A stretch of 63,986 bases of DNA, the filler included, from Catajapyx aquilonaris (lineage: Eukaryota), in NCBI GenBank assembly GCA_000934665.2. It is 3 parts of 3 records of this genome, joined end to end, with 100 filler letters (N's around TTAATTAATTAA, not from the genome) between each part and the next. Parts side by side here need not be neighbours in the genome. Positions count along the whole stretch, not along the records: positions 1 to 21,335 come from JYFJ02006079.1; positions 21,436 to 42,806 come from JYFJ02006080.1; 1 more part is not named here. One strand, given 5' to 3'. Made by a program: the position numbers and the translations under genes. The number at the start of each line of letters is the position of its first letter. Positions within the stretch are counted from its first letter, which is position 1. This document shows positions 12,801 through 23,582 of the stretch, in pieces. The notes beneath the pieces are model-generated. The model saw only the letters and a list, made by a program, of their open reading frames with translations, was not told the origin of the DNA and did not search any database.

Positions 12801-15800
12801 TGGTAAGGGGCTGATCGAGATACCCAGAATCTCCTCAAACCCCTCCGATGAAGGTAACCCTGTCCTACTCCTCACCTTTCCTTGCTCAAGTAAAACATTA
12901 AGGCCCCCGTTGCACCGCTCCAGGTATATCAAAAGCAGTGCGTTGCTCCTTGTTAGGCCGTGTGTACATGCGAGCATTTTGATGAGCAATGTGCATCGCT
13001 GAGTGATGAAATCGAGTGTTATGTTCGCTCCGAATAATATTGAAACCAGTCTGATGAAACGAATTGCTCACATGTAAACGCGAGCCTTATTCATTGTTAA
13101 GTGTCAACAATTTATGACAAGAAAATATGGCTTTTGCGTCCTGCAAGCAGTGCAACGTGGTCTTACTTTTCATTTACCATGATTTACCCTCTTTGTCATA
13201 CCATTACCCTGCATAAAATTGCGGTCAGATCCTCTTTTCAACATCGGCATTAGCACAAAATTTATTTTAGCCTCTTCTGGCATAACCTGCATGTGGTTAC
13301 GAGCATTTTCAGACGGTGAAACCGACTACGGTAGAACCCCGATTATCCAACCTCGGATTATCCTCCTCCCCCTCGGTGTATCTGACCATCTCGCTCCAGC
13401 AGTAAATCAATATTTTCTCATCAAATACTGTAATGTTGGCCTTATAAGCATTTATTTTGTATTGTCTTACAATGCGGAAAACTAACGACAATCTGACGTC
13501 ATCATTTTGATCTCATGCAACAATAGGAGTCAACAATGCTCTTTTTGTTGACACTGTTCGCTCATATTGTTGTGTGACGATGACGTCAGATCGTCGTTTC
13601 GCTTTCCGCACTGTAGTTAAATTTTAAGCAGTAGAGTGTGTACCTAAAAGATAAATGCTTCACTTTTTCTTAGAAAACCATGATATTGTACATGATTTCA
13701 TGCTGTTAATTTGTTGCTTTTGCTCTTCGGATTATTATCGGTCCTTTTTTGTTATCCGACTCATAAGTCGGGGTTTTACTGTATTTAAATTTCCGGATGA
13801 TTTGTTGAGAAGCGGATCTGCCTCGTACTCTTCTAGATACTGTTAAGGCATAGTTTAGGGCATGTCATTTTCTATGTTTTTGCCGCCGCTTCTTGGCCTA
13901 TTTCCGACACACTCGCAAAACGAGGTAAGGCGCATGTGCATGCTTCTTTTTTTTTCTCTCTCAGTTCCTCAATGTGCTTTTTGGTTGTGGCTGTTTTTTT
14001 GTTTTGTTTTCTTGTCCGTCGCTTTCTGGATTACTTCCTCAGCAGAAACGGAAAAAAAATAAATTTAACAGGCAGAGATTAGAATCGGAGGTGATTGAGA
14101 TGTATACGAAATGATCTGGAGAGAATGGCCACCAGCACTTGTAAATAACGGTTTTTTGCGGACTTGTTGCCTTATTACCCCCCACCTTTTTCCACACTGA
14201 CGATCTCCCGTGGCACCTCCTCCCCCTGCATTACTTGCAGATTCGAGGGCATCACATAGCAGACTTGGATCCTCTGGGCATTCAAGCTGCTGACTTGGAC
14301 TCCAGAACTCCTCCCGAATTGCTTTATGATTATTATTCCTTTGGTAAGGGTCTACACGTCCTGCCAATCTCTTTTTCTCTCTGTACTTCTCTCTCTCTTT
14401 TTAAGTTCACTTCTTCGTTGTTCCGACGTCTCGCTGTGAATTTGTTGTCAGAATACTGCAGGCCCTGATTTGATAATAATTTTCCCTCTTTAAATTTCTT
14501 CCGATTTCGATTTCTGTCCAGTGTGTGATGCCTTTATTTCTGATGTGTTGTGTACAGTTTCTCCTTTTTGGTGTTTGGATGCGATTGGGTTACGCTCTTG
14601 TTGCGTTGGTTCCAGTGTTGCCAAATATTTTCAGACGGGGGCGGAGGACAAGTAGGTAGTTTCTCGCTAGTTCCTTTCATCCATATGTGTTTTGGTTCCA
14701 TAGTGACCTGTTTTAACTCTACACAACCCATCTCTTCGTTCGCCTTTTTAATTGTCTTTAGTTTCGTAACATCACATATGTTGCCACTATTTTTTGTGCT
14801 AAGTTGGTGACACATGCTTTGAGGGCTATTTTTCGTGCATGTATTAGGCTAATTTGTTAAATGCCAGGTAGGTTGTGTAAGCTGCTTTGTTGTTTTCGAT
14901 GCGGAAACAACAAACGACATCCTCGTTCACATTTCATATTTGTATGAAAAGTTGCATTTAATATTCACATTAATTATAACCGGATTCTCTTCGCAACTGG
15001 TGCGAACTGCTAATATATGTACCGCCGCACTGCAAAATTATAGCGAAATCGAAGTTTGTTGTTTCTTGCATTGCCATGGTTAACGTTTGAGTTCTTCCTC
15101 TACACTATCATAAAATCATCTTATCTCACAATAATTATAGAGCAACATCTGTTGCTAAAAGCTTGTAACTTTTGAGTCACCGATTCCGTAGAATGTACGA
15201 ACCTTCTAACTTATATGTCTCTTTGTTTTTGCCTTGTGGGGGCCGTCGATAATTAATGGGGGTGTGGGGATGTGAAACGCAGAGGAGAAGGACATGGAGC
15301 GGGTTTTCAAGCTTCCGTCGACCACCTACATTGGCGGGAAGGAGAAGAACCTGACCCTGCGCGAGATCCTTCGTCGCCTGGAGAACGCCTACTGCCGACA
15401 CATTGGTGTGGAGTTCATGTTCATCAACTCCTTGGAGCAGTGCAACTGGATCCGCCAAAAGATCGAGACACCCGGCATAATGGAGTTTGATGTGGAGCAG
15501 AAGCGGCTGTTGCTTGCTCGTCTCACGAGGGCCACCGGATTCGAGGCCTTCCTGGCCCGCAAGTGGTCCTCTGAGAAGCGGTTTGGTCTGGAAGGCTGCG
15601 AGATCCTGATCCCGGCTATGAAGCAGGTGATTGACAAGTCGACAGACCTCGGGGTGGAGTCCATCGTAATGGGGATGCCTCACAGAGGAAGGCTTAACGT
15701 GCTGGCCAACGTATGCCGCAAGCCCCTCGAGCAGATGTTCACCCAATTCTCGGCGCTGGAGGCTGAGGACGACGTGAGTTGGAATTGTTCTCAAATCGCT

Positions 15801-18703
15801 TGGCATATGTCAGATTAGGCTTTAATTTTGTTGTGACTTACGCACTCTCTCTCTCTCTCGTTGCAAAATGTAGGGCTCTGGTGATGTGAAGTACCATTTG
15901 GGCACTTACATCGAGCGTCTGAATCGTGTGACGAACAAGAACATCCGACTGGCTGTCGTGGCTAATCCTTCCCATTTGGAGGCCTGTGATCCAGTGGTGC
16001 AGGGGAAGACCAGGGCGGAACAGTTCTACCGGGGCGATTCGGAGGGAAAGAAGGTGATGTCCATGCTTCTGCACGGAGACGCCGCTTTCTCCGGCCAAGG
16101 GGTGGTCTTCGAGACCTTCCATCTGTCGGACCTGCCCGACTACACCACACGGGGAACTGTGCATATTGTGGTTAACAACCAAATTGGTTTCACAACTGAT
16201 CCCAGGCACTCGAGATCGTCTGCGTACTGCACAGGTATGGTAGCCTCGTGTCTGAAGGTTTGCAAATGTAACCGCAACTGTTGTCCTCCCCAGACGTGGC
16301 TCGAGTGGTGAATGCACCAATTTTCCACGTGAATGCGGATGACGCCGAGGCTGTGATGCACGTGTGTAACGTGGCTGCTGAGTGGAGGTCCACTTTCCAC
16401 AAGGACGTCATCATTGATCTGGTAATTGTTTGGTTCTGCATGTGTATGGATTAAAGCCACATTTACATGTGAGCGATTAGATCGGCAATGTTGCAACGAT
16501 CTCATTGCCGATTGTTTGGGGTAAAAATGTAGTGTTGACACGATTGTTACGTTCGCTCAGCTATGTCATCGCTGACCAAATTGCTCACATGTAAACGGGG
16601 CTTAAAACTTTCATTTGTACCTAAGAAGGTCACGTTTTGTTTCCCAGGTGTGCTACCGGCGCAACGGTCACAATGAGATCGACGAGCCCATGTTCACCCA
16701 GCCACTCATGTACCGCAAGATCCGCCAGATGGAGCCAGGTCTGGAAAAGTACGCTGAGAAACTGATCAACGAGGGAGTGGTGACGCAGGATGAGGTGAAG
16801 GACGTGAAGGAGAAGTACGAGAAGATCTGCGAGGAGGCCTACAAGAACGCGGCCCAGCAGACCCACATCAAGTTCAAGGACTGGCTGGACTCTCCGTGGT
16901 CCGGATTCTTCGAGGGCAAGGATCCCCTGAAGGTCTCACCCACCGGAATCAAGGAGGACACTATGGTGCACATTGGGAAGCGTTTCTCGTCGCCGCCGCC
17001 TAACGCAGCCGAGTTCAAAATCCACAAGGGTAAGCACACGTAAGTGAAGTTGTGGGGCATGTGCATTGAGATTGTTTTTCGGCAGGTCTGATGCGTATTC
17101 TGAAGTCTCGCATGGAGATGGTGGATGCCCGTACTGTGGACTGGGCACTCGGAGAAGCCCTGGCATTCGGATCCCTGCTGAAGGACGGCATCCATGTGCG
17201 TCTGAGTGGACAGGACGTGGAAAGAGGGACATTCAGCCACAGGCATCACGTGCTCCACCACCAGGACGTGGACAAGGCAACCTACAGGCCTCTTTGCCAC
17301 CTCTACCCAGACCAGGCTCCGTACACCGTCTGCAACAGCTCCCTCTCTGAATTTGGAGTGCTCGGTTAGTACCTCGGAAGCGTGTGATTCGTATGGGAAC
17401 TGATCAACCGCCGCTTGCAGGTTTTGAACTGGGCTACTCCATGACGAATCCGAACGCTCTGGTCCTCTGGGAGGCTCAGTTCGGGGACTTCAACAACACG
17501 GCTCAGTGCATCATTGACCAGTTCATTTCATCCGGTCAGGCCAAGTGGGTCAGACAGTCAGGTCTCGTCATGCTGCTGCCTCACGGGATGGAAGGAATGG
17601 TTGGTGTCACCCTTAACAATTTTCCAGGCTCCGTTTTAATTTCACTTTCAATTTTGTAGGGTCCAGAGCACTCCAGCGCTCGTCTGGAGAGGTTCCTGCA
17701 GATGTCATCTGACGATCCCGATTACTTCCCACCGGAGAGTGCGGAATTTGCTGTCAGGCAACTGCATGATATCAATTGGATTGTAAGTCATTGACTATTA
17801 CAATGCGACTAACACATACAGCCATGTTTACATATGAGAGATTTGATCAGCAATGTGCTGCGATGAGCGATGCAAAATGCGATTGTTACTTTCGCCACAA
17901 ACAATTTGATTCACCGCTTGTTTGGGGCGAATAACGTTTTGCTCCCAAACAATTGATTTCATCGCTCATCCCTGCACATCACTTTTGAAACGCGGCCTAA
18001 AGGTTGTGATGTCATGTGTTATTCTGAAGCTATTGACACAGTTACTAGCTAACTTATTGCGTCATTGCAGGTGGCCAACTGCTCAACCCCAGGAAACTAC
18101 TTCCACATCATGCGCCGCCAGATCGCTCTCCCTTTCCGCAAGCCCTTGGTGCTGATGACCCCGAAATCGCTCCTTCGTCACCCGGAGGCCCGCTCCAGCT
18201 TCGATGAGATGGTCGAGGGCACCGAATTCCAGCGGTTGATCCCATCCACCCACACGAAGCCCGACAAGGTGAAGAAGGTGATATTCTGCTCCGGCCGCGT
18301 CTATTACGATATCAGGAAGGCGAGGACGGACCGCAAGTTGGAGGACGACATTGCCATCATGAGGCTTGAGCAGATCTGCCCCTTCCCATACGATCTGATC
18401 AAGCAGGAGGTGGCCAAGTACCCGGGAGCCAGGCTCCAGTGGGTGCAGGAGGAGCACAAGAACATGGGAGCCTGGAGCTACGTCCAGCCCAGGTTCCACA
18501 CATGCCTCAGCGGGGAGAGGCCTGTTTCGTAAGTCTGGAATTTTCATTCACAAATGACATGTGGGACATTACGTAGACGTGTTACGTTATGCAACCATTT
18601 CAGATATGCTGGACGAATGGCGGCTGCGTCTCCGGCAACCGGTAGCAAACATCTCCACCTGAGGGAGGTGCAGCAGATGCTGGATGACGCCATGGCCATC
18701 TGA
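6883..18703 (+). CDS. OGDH: 2-oxoglutarate dehydrogenase E1 component, mitochondrial (Nc73EF-like)
   Basis: Exons 6883-7137, 10518-10733, [12682-12802 or 14241-14343], 15283-15773, 15874-16234, 16294-16421, 16648-17029, 17086-17364, 17421-17599, 17660-17782, 18071-18528, 18604-18703, all GT-AG and phase-consistent. Motifs [40 protein letters not shown] (TPP), [29 protein letters not shown]. Confidence 0.97.
8559..8815. mobile_element. Palindromic MITE in OGDH intron
   Basis: cgctgtaaaattaaaaacc..tgtggtgaaat.acaact mirrored by agttgtcatttcaccacagc..ggtttttattttacagcg. Confidence 0.65.
12682..12802 (+). CDS. OGDH: OGDH alternative exon A ([40 protein letters not shown])
   Basis: cag|GCTCGA...CTTG|gtaagg; 121 nt, phase 0 in, phase 1 out; paralogous to exon B. 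Confidence 0.88.
13470..13613. mobile_element. Hairpin MITE with TA flanks between OGDH exons A and B
   Basis: TA|caatgcggaaaactaacgacaatctgacgtcatc ... gatgacgtcagatcgtcgtttcgctttccgcactg|TA. Confidence 0.7.
14241..14343 (+). CDS. OGDH: OGDH alternative exon B ([34 protein letters not shown])
   Basis: ttgcag|ATTCGA...TTTG|gtaagg; 103 nt, phase 0 in, phase 1 out. Confidence 0.92.
16455..16602. mobile_element. PIF/Harbinger-like MITE (related copies at 12956-13086 and ~17820-17997)
   Basis: TAA|agccacatttacatgtgagc ... gctcacatgtaaacggggct|TAA; termini and the gatc.gcaatgt core recur in two other OGDH introns. Confidence 0.7.
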
Positions 18704-21335
18704 ATTTAGCGGAGCAAGAACCACAATTTCACGGCCATTTGCACCTAGCCCCTCTCTAGCTCTTCGTGGCGATTTCAAATCAATCGTGCAGAGTAACGCA
18801 GATATCAAAGAAAGCAGCAAAGCGAATTATCTTTTTACGAGAGATGTCGCCAAGTATTTTTCTTAGGAGTTCTTTTTTTTTTTTTTTTTTGGTCACCCCT
18901 CCGATTCTATTAGTCGGCTACATTAAAATAACATCAAATCGATTCTGAGGTGAAACTTAATTGCTCTAGTTGTAAAGTAGATGTACAGAATATTTATATT
19001 CCCCTCTCTATCCCCCCAATTCCTCTTGTTTTACCCATCAATCTTTATTGTCCAGGGTTGACAGTTTACACAACTCTATTAAATCGGCAGTACTTAAAAT
19101 GTCACTTGCGCACTAATCACGGAACTTAAAAAGCTGTGCCTTTTTCTCTCTTCCTGTGTTTTTATTTATCCCAAGCTGTCAACCCGCAATTGTTGCAGTA
19201 TTGATCATGTAAAATGGCATAGTAAGTAAAAAAAAAACTGCACTAGTTAACAAAAAAGGAAAGAAACACGATGCTTATACCTGTTGAAAAATTCTTTTCG
19301 TCCCCAGTGATCCCAACTAGTTTCAATCAGGCCAATTAACCAGGAAAGTGGAAGAATATTGTTGATGAGAGATTATCCGGATTTTTATTTTCGTGAAGGA
19401 TTTAAAAGAAACTGAACTTGTGTGATGGAAGCACGACAGTAAAGTGTACTTGGTATTATAACCTGTGTTGATTATTTCCCCCCCCCCCTGGTTCCCTGCG
19501 CAATTTCGTATAACCGCACTTGGAAGGTTGTCACTTATTCCGTAGATGGGAAAGCGTATTTACCAAAATGCTTGGAGTAGCACGGAAAAGTGTGTATGAT
19601 GCATAATAGAGCGTATCACAAGGGGTCCTGATTACCACTGTGCAAAATAATATCGGAAGCAAAATTGATTTGTTGGTGTAGTTGTAAAAATATGGGTTTG
19701 AATTATTTTTTTTGTTTGAAATATTTTGCTCTCAAAAACATCTCCCGGGAGGACATTAATAATTACAGTTGTGTCACTGTCCCACATAATTAAGTAAAAG
19801 TGACATTTAATGCTCGTTGCAGTATGTGGCAACCCATCAAGAGTGGGGTACCCACATGACCATGAAAATTTAATTATCAGTTTTAGTGAGTAATTTGCGA
19901 CACTAGAAAATGGGAGTAATTTTACATAAATTTAGGTAAATAATTTCGAGGAAATTATTATTATTAATACTGGTACCATCAGCAACGGTCTCTAAGAAGA
20001 TTCTGTGATTTTGTTCACTGAAGAGAGTGTCTAATTAACCATAATTTAGTGCCATAAATGTAACATTTGTTACAGCTTAAATATCAGCGCTTTTACAAGT
20101 ACAGTGTGCACTCATTCCAACAAAAAAATATCAAAGTAAGATCCAATTTAGAAAAAAAAATGTCAGTATTTTCTCAAAACAAACGATTATGATCAGCTCC
20201 ATATATTTTTATGCCACAATATTATTCTTATTGTTTGCATTATAAGATTCTCTTCAATATGCCGTGTCCCCCTATAAAAATGGCCAACTGGCCAGCTAAT
20301 GGGGTAAAATAAATAAATAAATAAAAAACAAGAAGACTGATTATTTTTAACTAGCAATTCAATGTCACTGTCTTCTCTGAGTTAGCTAATTATTATGGGA
20401 GGCAGTCTTGCAGAGGAAAATGAGGTAATATTTTTGACCTCAATATATTTTTTATGATATTATACTTAGGCATTATATATTATATATTATATTTCACTTT
20501 GAGTATTTCATCCTGGAAAGCAACATGCTGTACATTCATTTTATTTGCTTTTTGGGATAGGATAGGGACGGAAGGAAGCGGCTGTGGCCTGTTTTTTATA
20601 CCATAGGAATTTTCATACCACGTGAATTTTTATACCACGGATATTTTTATGCCACGTGAATTTTTATAACAGGGAAATTTTTATACCACAATTTTTTTAA
20701 ATAACACATGAAAAGAAATCATAACAGGGTTTTTTTTTGTTTTTGGCACACGAATATTTTTTAAGAATATACTGAAACACAAATTATCACATTCTTTTAC
20801 TTATTAACACACTAACTAATAAGGCTTAAAAATGTAACCTAAATCAAATATTTTATGGTGATTGTTGAATTCTGTGGCTCCCTTTCTTTACAATAAGTAC
20901 ATGCTGGAGAGAGTGCCAGTATCGAAGTAGCGCAGTGGTCTAGTGGTTAAGACTCTCTCTTCGTAACCTGAAGGTTGAAGGATCGGATCCTGAAAGGAAG
21001 ACGTCGTTTCTTTTTATCGCTATGGACCTTTCCCGCTGTTACTTCATCTCTCATTTCATATTTATTTCTCTTTGAAGTGCATCTGGTAAATTTGCTAGAC
21101 CCTTCCAACACACACACACTCTCGTTGCACCAGAGCGTGGTTCTGAGGTAGCGCATCAGACTCTCAATCGGGAGATGTGGGTTCAAATCCCTTGTCTCCT
21201 TGGTTGAGAGTCAGAAAAAAAATTTTGCAGCCGACATCTCTGGCCAAGATGGCGACTGTTCCTTCGCAGTTTCCCCAACACTTCTTCAGAGGTGTCGGAG
21301 GAGCAGCGAAGAGGGGGGGGGGGAGGAGGGAGGGG

Positions 21336-21435
21336 NNNNNNNNNNNNNNNNNNNNNNNNNNNNNNNNNNNNNNNNNNNNTTAATTAATTAANNNNNNNNN
21401 NNNNNNNNNNNNNNNNNNNNNNNNNNNNNNNNNNN
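21336..21435. other. Assembly gap with TTAATTAATTAA spacer
   Basis: 44 N + TTAATTAATTAA + 44 N; identical construct at 42807-42906. Confidence 0.97.
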
Positions 21436-23582
21436 TAAATTGCGATGCCAAGAGTGACGCTATGCACCTTGACAAACACTGCGGAAATCATGTGACTTGT
21501 GTTCAAAAAATGGTATTCATCAGCCTGATTGGATATAATAAGGTACCTTCAATTATTATCCGCCAGGCTGATGAATACAGGGGTATCGCTGCCGGGTAAT
21601 CTGAAGGGGGTTCTAGGACTACAAAAGTGAGGTATTAATAGGTTTTTAAATGAACTACTGTACACATCACTGCTTTAAATTATGTTCAATCAAAATAATG
21701 AATCTTCAGAAAAAAAAGTCTAATATTTCTTTCTTTGCAATGATTTTTACTGACTTATTTATTTTACTATGTTTTTAACAATGCACGGATAATCGAGAGT
21801 ACAGTGCATTAGAGCGTAACATGCAGTGAAAGAGGTTTTTTTTGGTCCCGTATTAATCAGTCCGTTCCGCTGTCTTATCCGTGGTCCGTTCCTTTTTCCC
21901 ACAAGCGTCAGTCCGAACACGCCCGACATCACAAAAATGGCCGCCAGATGGCTTGGCATAAAACATTAATTTAAAAACTTTAATATCGCCCCGTTTTAAA
22001 AATAATCCCGATTAGGCTGGATGGTGTTGATATTTAAGTTGTTAACGAGTCGAAGTCGTTTGGTGGTCATCGACCCGAACAGTCCCCCCCGGTGACGGAT
22101 CATATAAAAAAAAAAGAAAGAAAAAAAAAGGAACAGGGATCCGCCGCTCCCCCTTTGTCGTGTGTGGTGATCCTTTGACAGTTTTTGTTCCCCTTCGGCC
22201 CCCGTCCGTCCGTTGGACCCACGGAGGGTGCGGTACCGCTGCTTCCCATTTAGTCCGTCTCTCTCTGGCTGGGGGTGTCCTGAAGGATGAGGGAGAAGAA
22301 GGGATCCATGGTGAGTTGGAGGGGGAAGGGCGACGACGGTTTTTATTGGGACGGACTAGGCCTAGGGGCGCTTCCGGTCTACGTTCCAAAAAAAAAGTGG
22401 GGAATTAATTGCAATTAATTAATATTACATGGGTTAAGTCCCACTGCTAGTTGGCAGTGCAAGTGCATTACACTGGTGTACTGATAAGTTAAAAGTAACT
22501 ATGGGACGAAAATTCCACCCATTGTATTTACATTCGTCTAGCAATATTATACAGTGACGGGCATTAGCAGCTGCCGTGGTAACCAGACCTGGACAAACAA
22601 ACAAACAAACAAGAAACAAACGTTGCCTTTTATATATAGTACTACTAGCAGCGGAACTGGTTCTTTGCACGGCCGTAATAATAATAATAATAATAACTAC
22701 CAACTACAACAACAATAAATTAAATATTATATTAATTAATGTATTGTAATATTAATTAATATTTACTTATTAATATTATTAATTAACATTTAGTTATACT
22801 GTTAATTAATATTTACTTATACTGTTAATTAATATTTAGTTATTAATATTAATATACCACAGTAGTAGTAATAATAATGATAGTAATGCAGATCCAAAGT
22901 CCTGGTAACCAGATGTGGACAAACAAACAAGCACGCTTTTTGCCATTTATAATCTTGTATAGTGTTAATGACAAAAGTCTGATGCCGACACATGTTGCGG
23001 ATGGAGGAATTTGTGTAATGGCAATTTATGTGTAGGAATGGGGCAGTACTTGAACGGGAGGAATGTGAGGAACGGGAGGAATTTGTTGTGGTTCAAGTGG
23101 GGGCTCTCGGAATGCGGTGCACAAATTTTTGGTGGTTATCATATGTATTGCGGCCACGGGAACCAGAAAAACAAGGGTGCGTAACATTGTTTCTTGTCTT
23201 TCAGAGGTTGGAAGGAGGAAGCGTAACTTTGATATGAGCTGCTTGCTTTTGCATTTTATCTGCCGTTCTGCTCAGTGCTCTTTGCAATTTTACCAATTAC
23301 TTGAAGAGCATCAATAATTAGCTATGACATTGGCATAATTAAACGCCTGTCCAGAGAATCACCCACACACACACGCCAAACACACAAGTGAATGAGTGTG
23401 CGTCTTGGGTTTTGATCTATTTTTTTCTGTTTTGTTTATAAATTGTTTTCATTTTTCCCCCCATTTTTTTCCACTTTTCTTTTTCTGACAAAGAAAATAC
23501 TTTCTCCCTGTTGCTGAGCCTGTGGCCTTAGCCCTTTATACTGAGTGAGAGTGGTGTTGGCGGGGGCAAGAAAAAAAATATA

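Noticed and set aside
15177..18547. Long antisense ORFs over OGDH exons (209, 160, 153, 154 aa)
   Set aside because: Shadow ORFs from GC3-rich codon usage on the sense strand; no recognisable motifs.
20926..21200. Two tRNA-like stretches (gtggtctagtggttaag..; ..gggttcaaatccc)
   Set aside because: A/B-box-like motifs but no convincing acceptor stem or cloverleaf; probably decayed SINE heads.
21380..21391. TTAATTAATTAA palindrome inside N-runs (also 42851-42862)
   Set aside because: Identical 44N-12-44N construct twice, with stops in all six frames; an assembly spacer, not biology.
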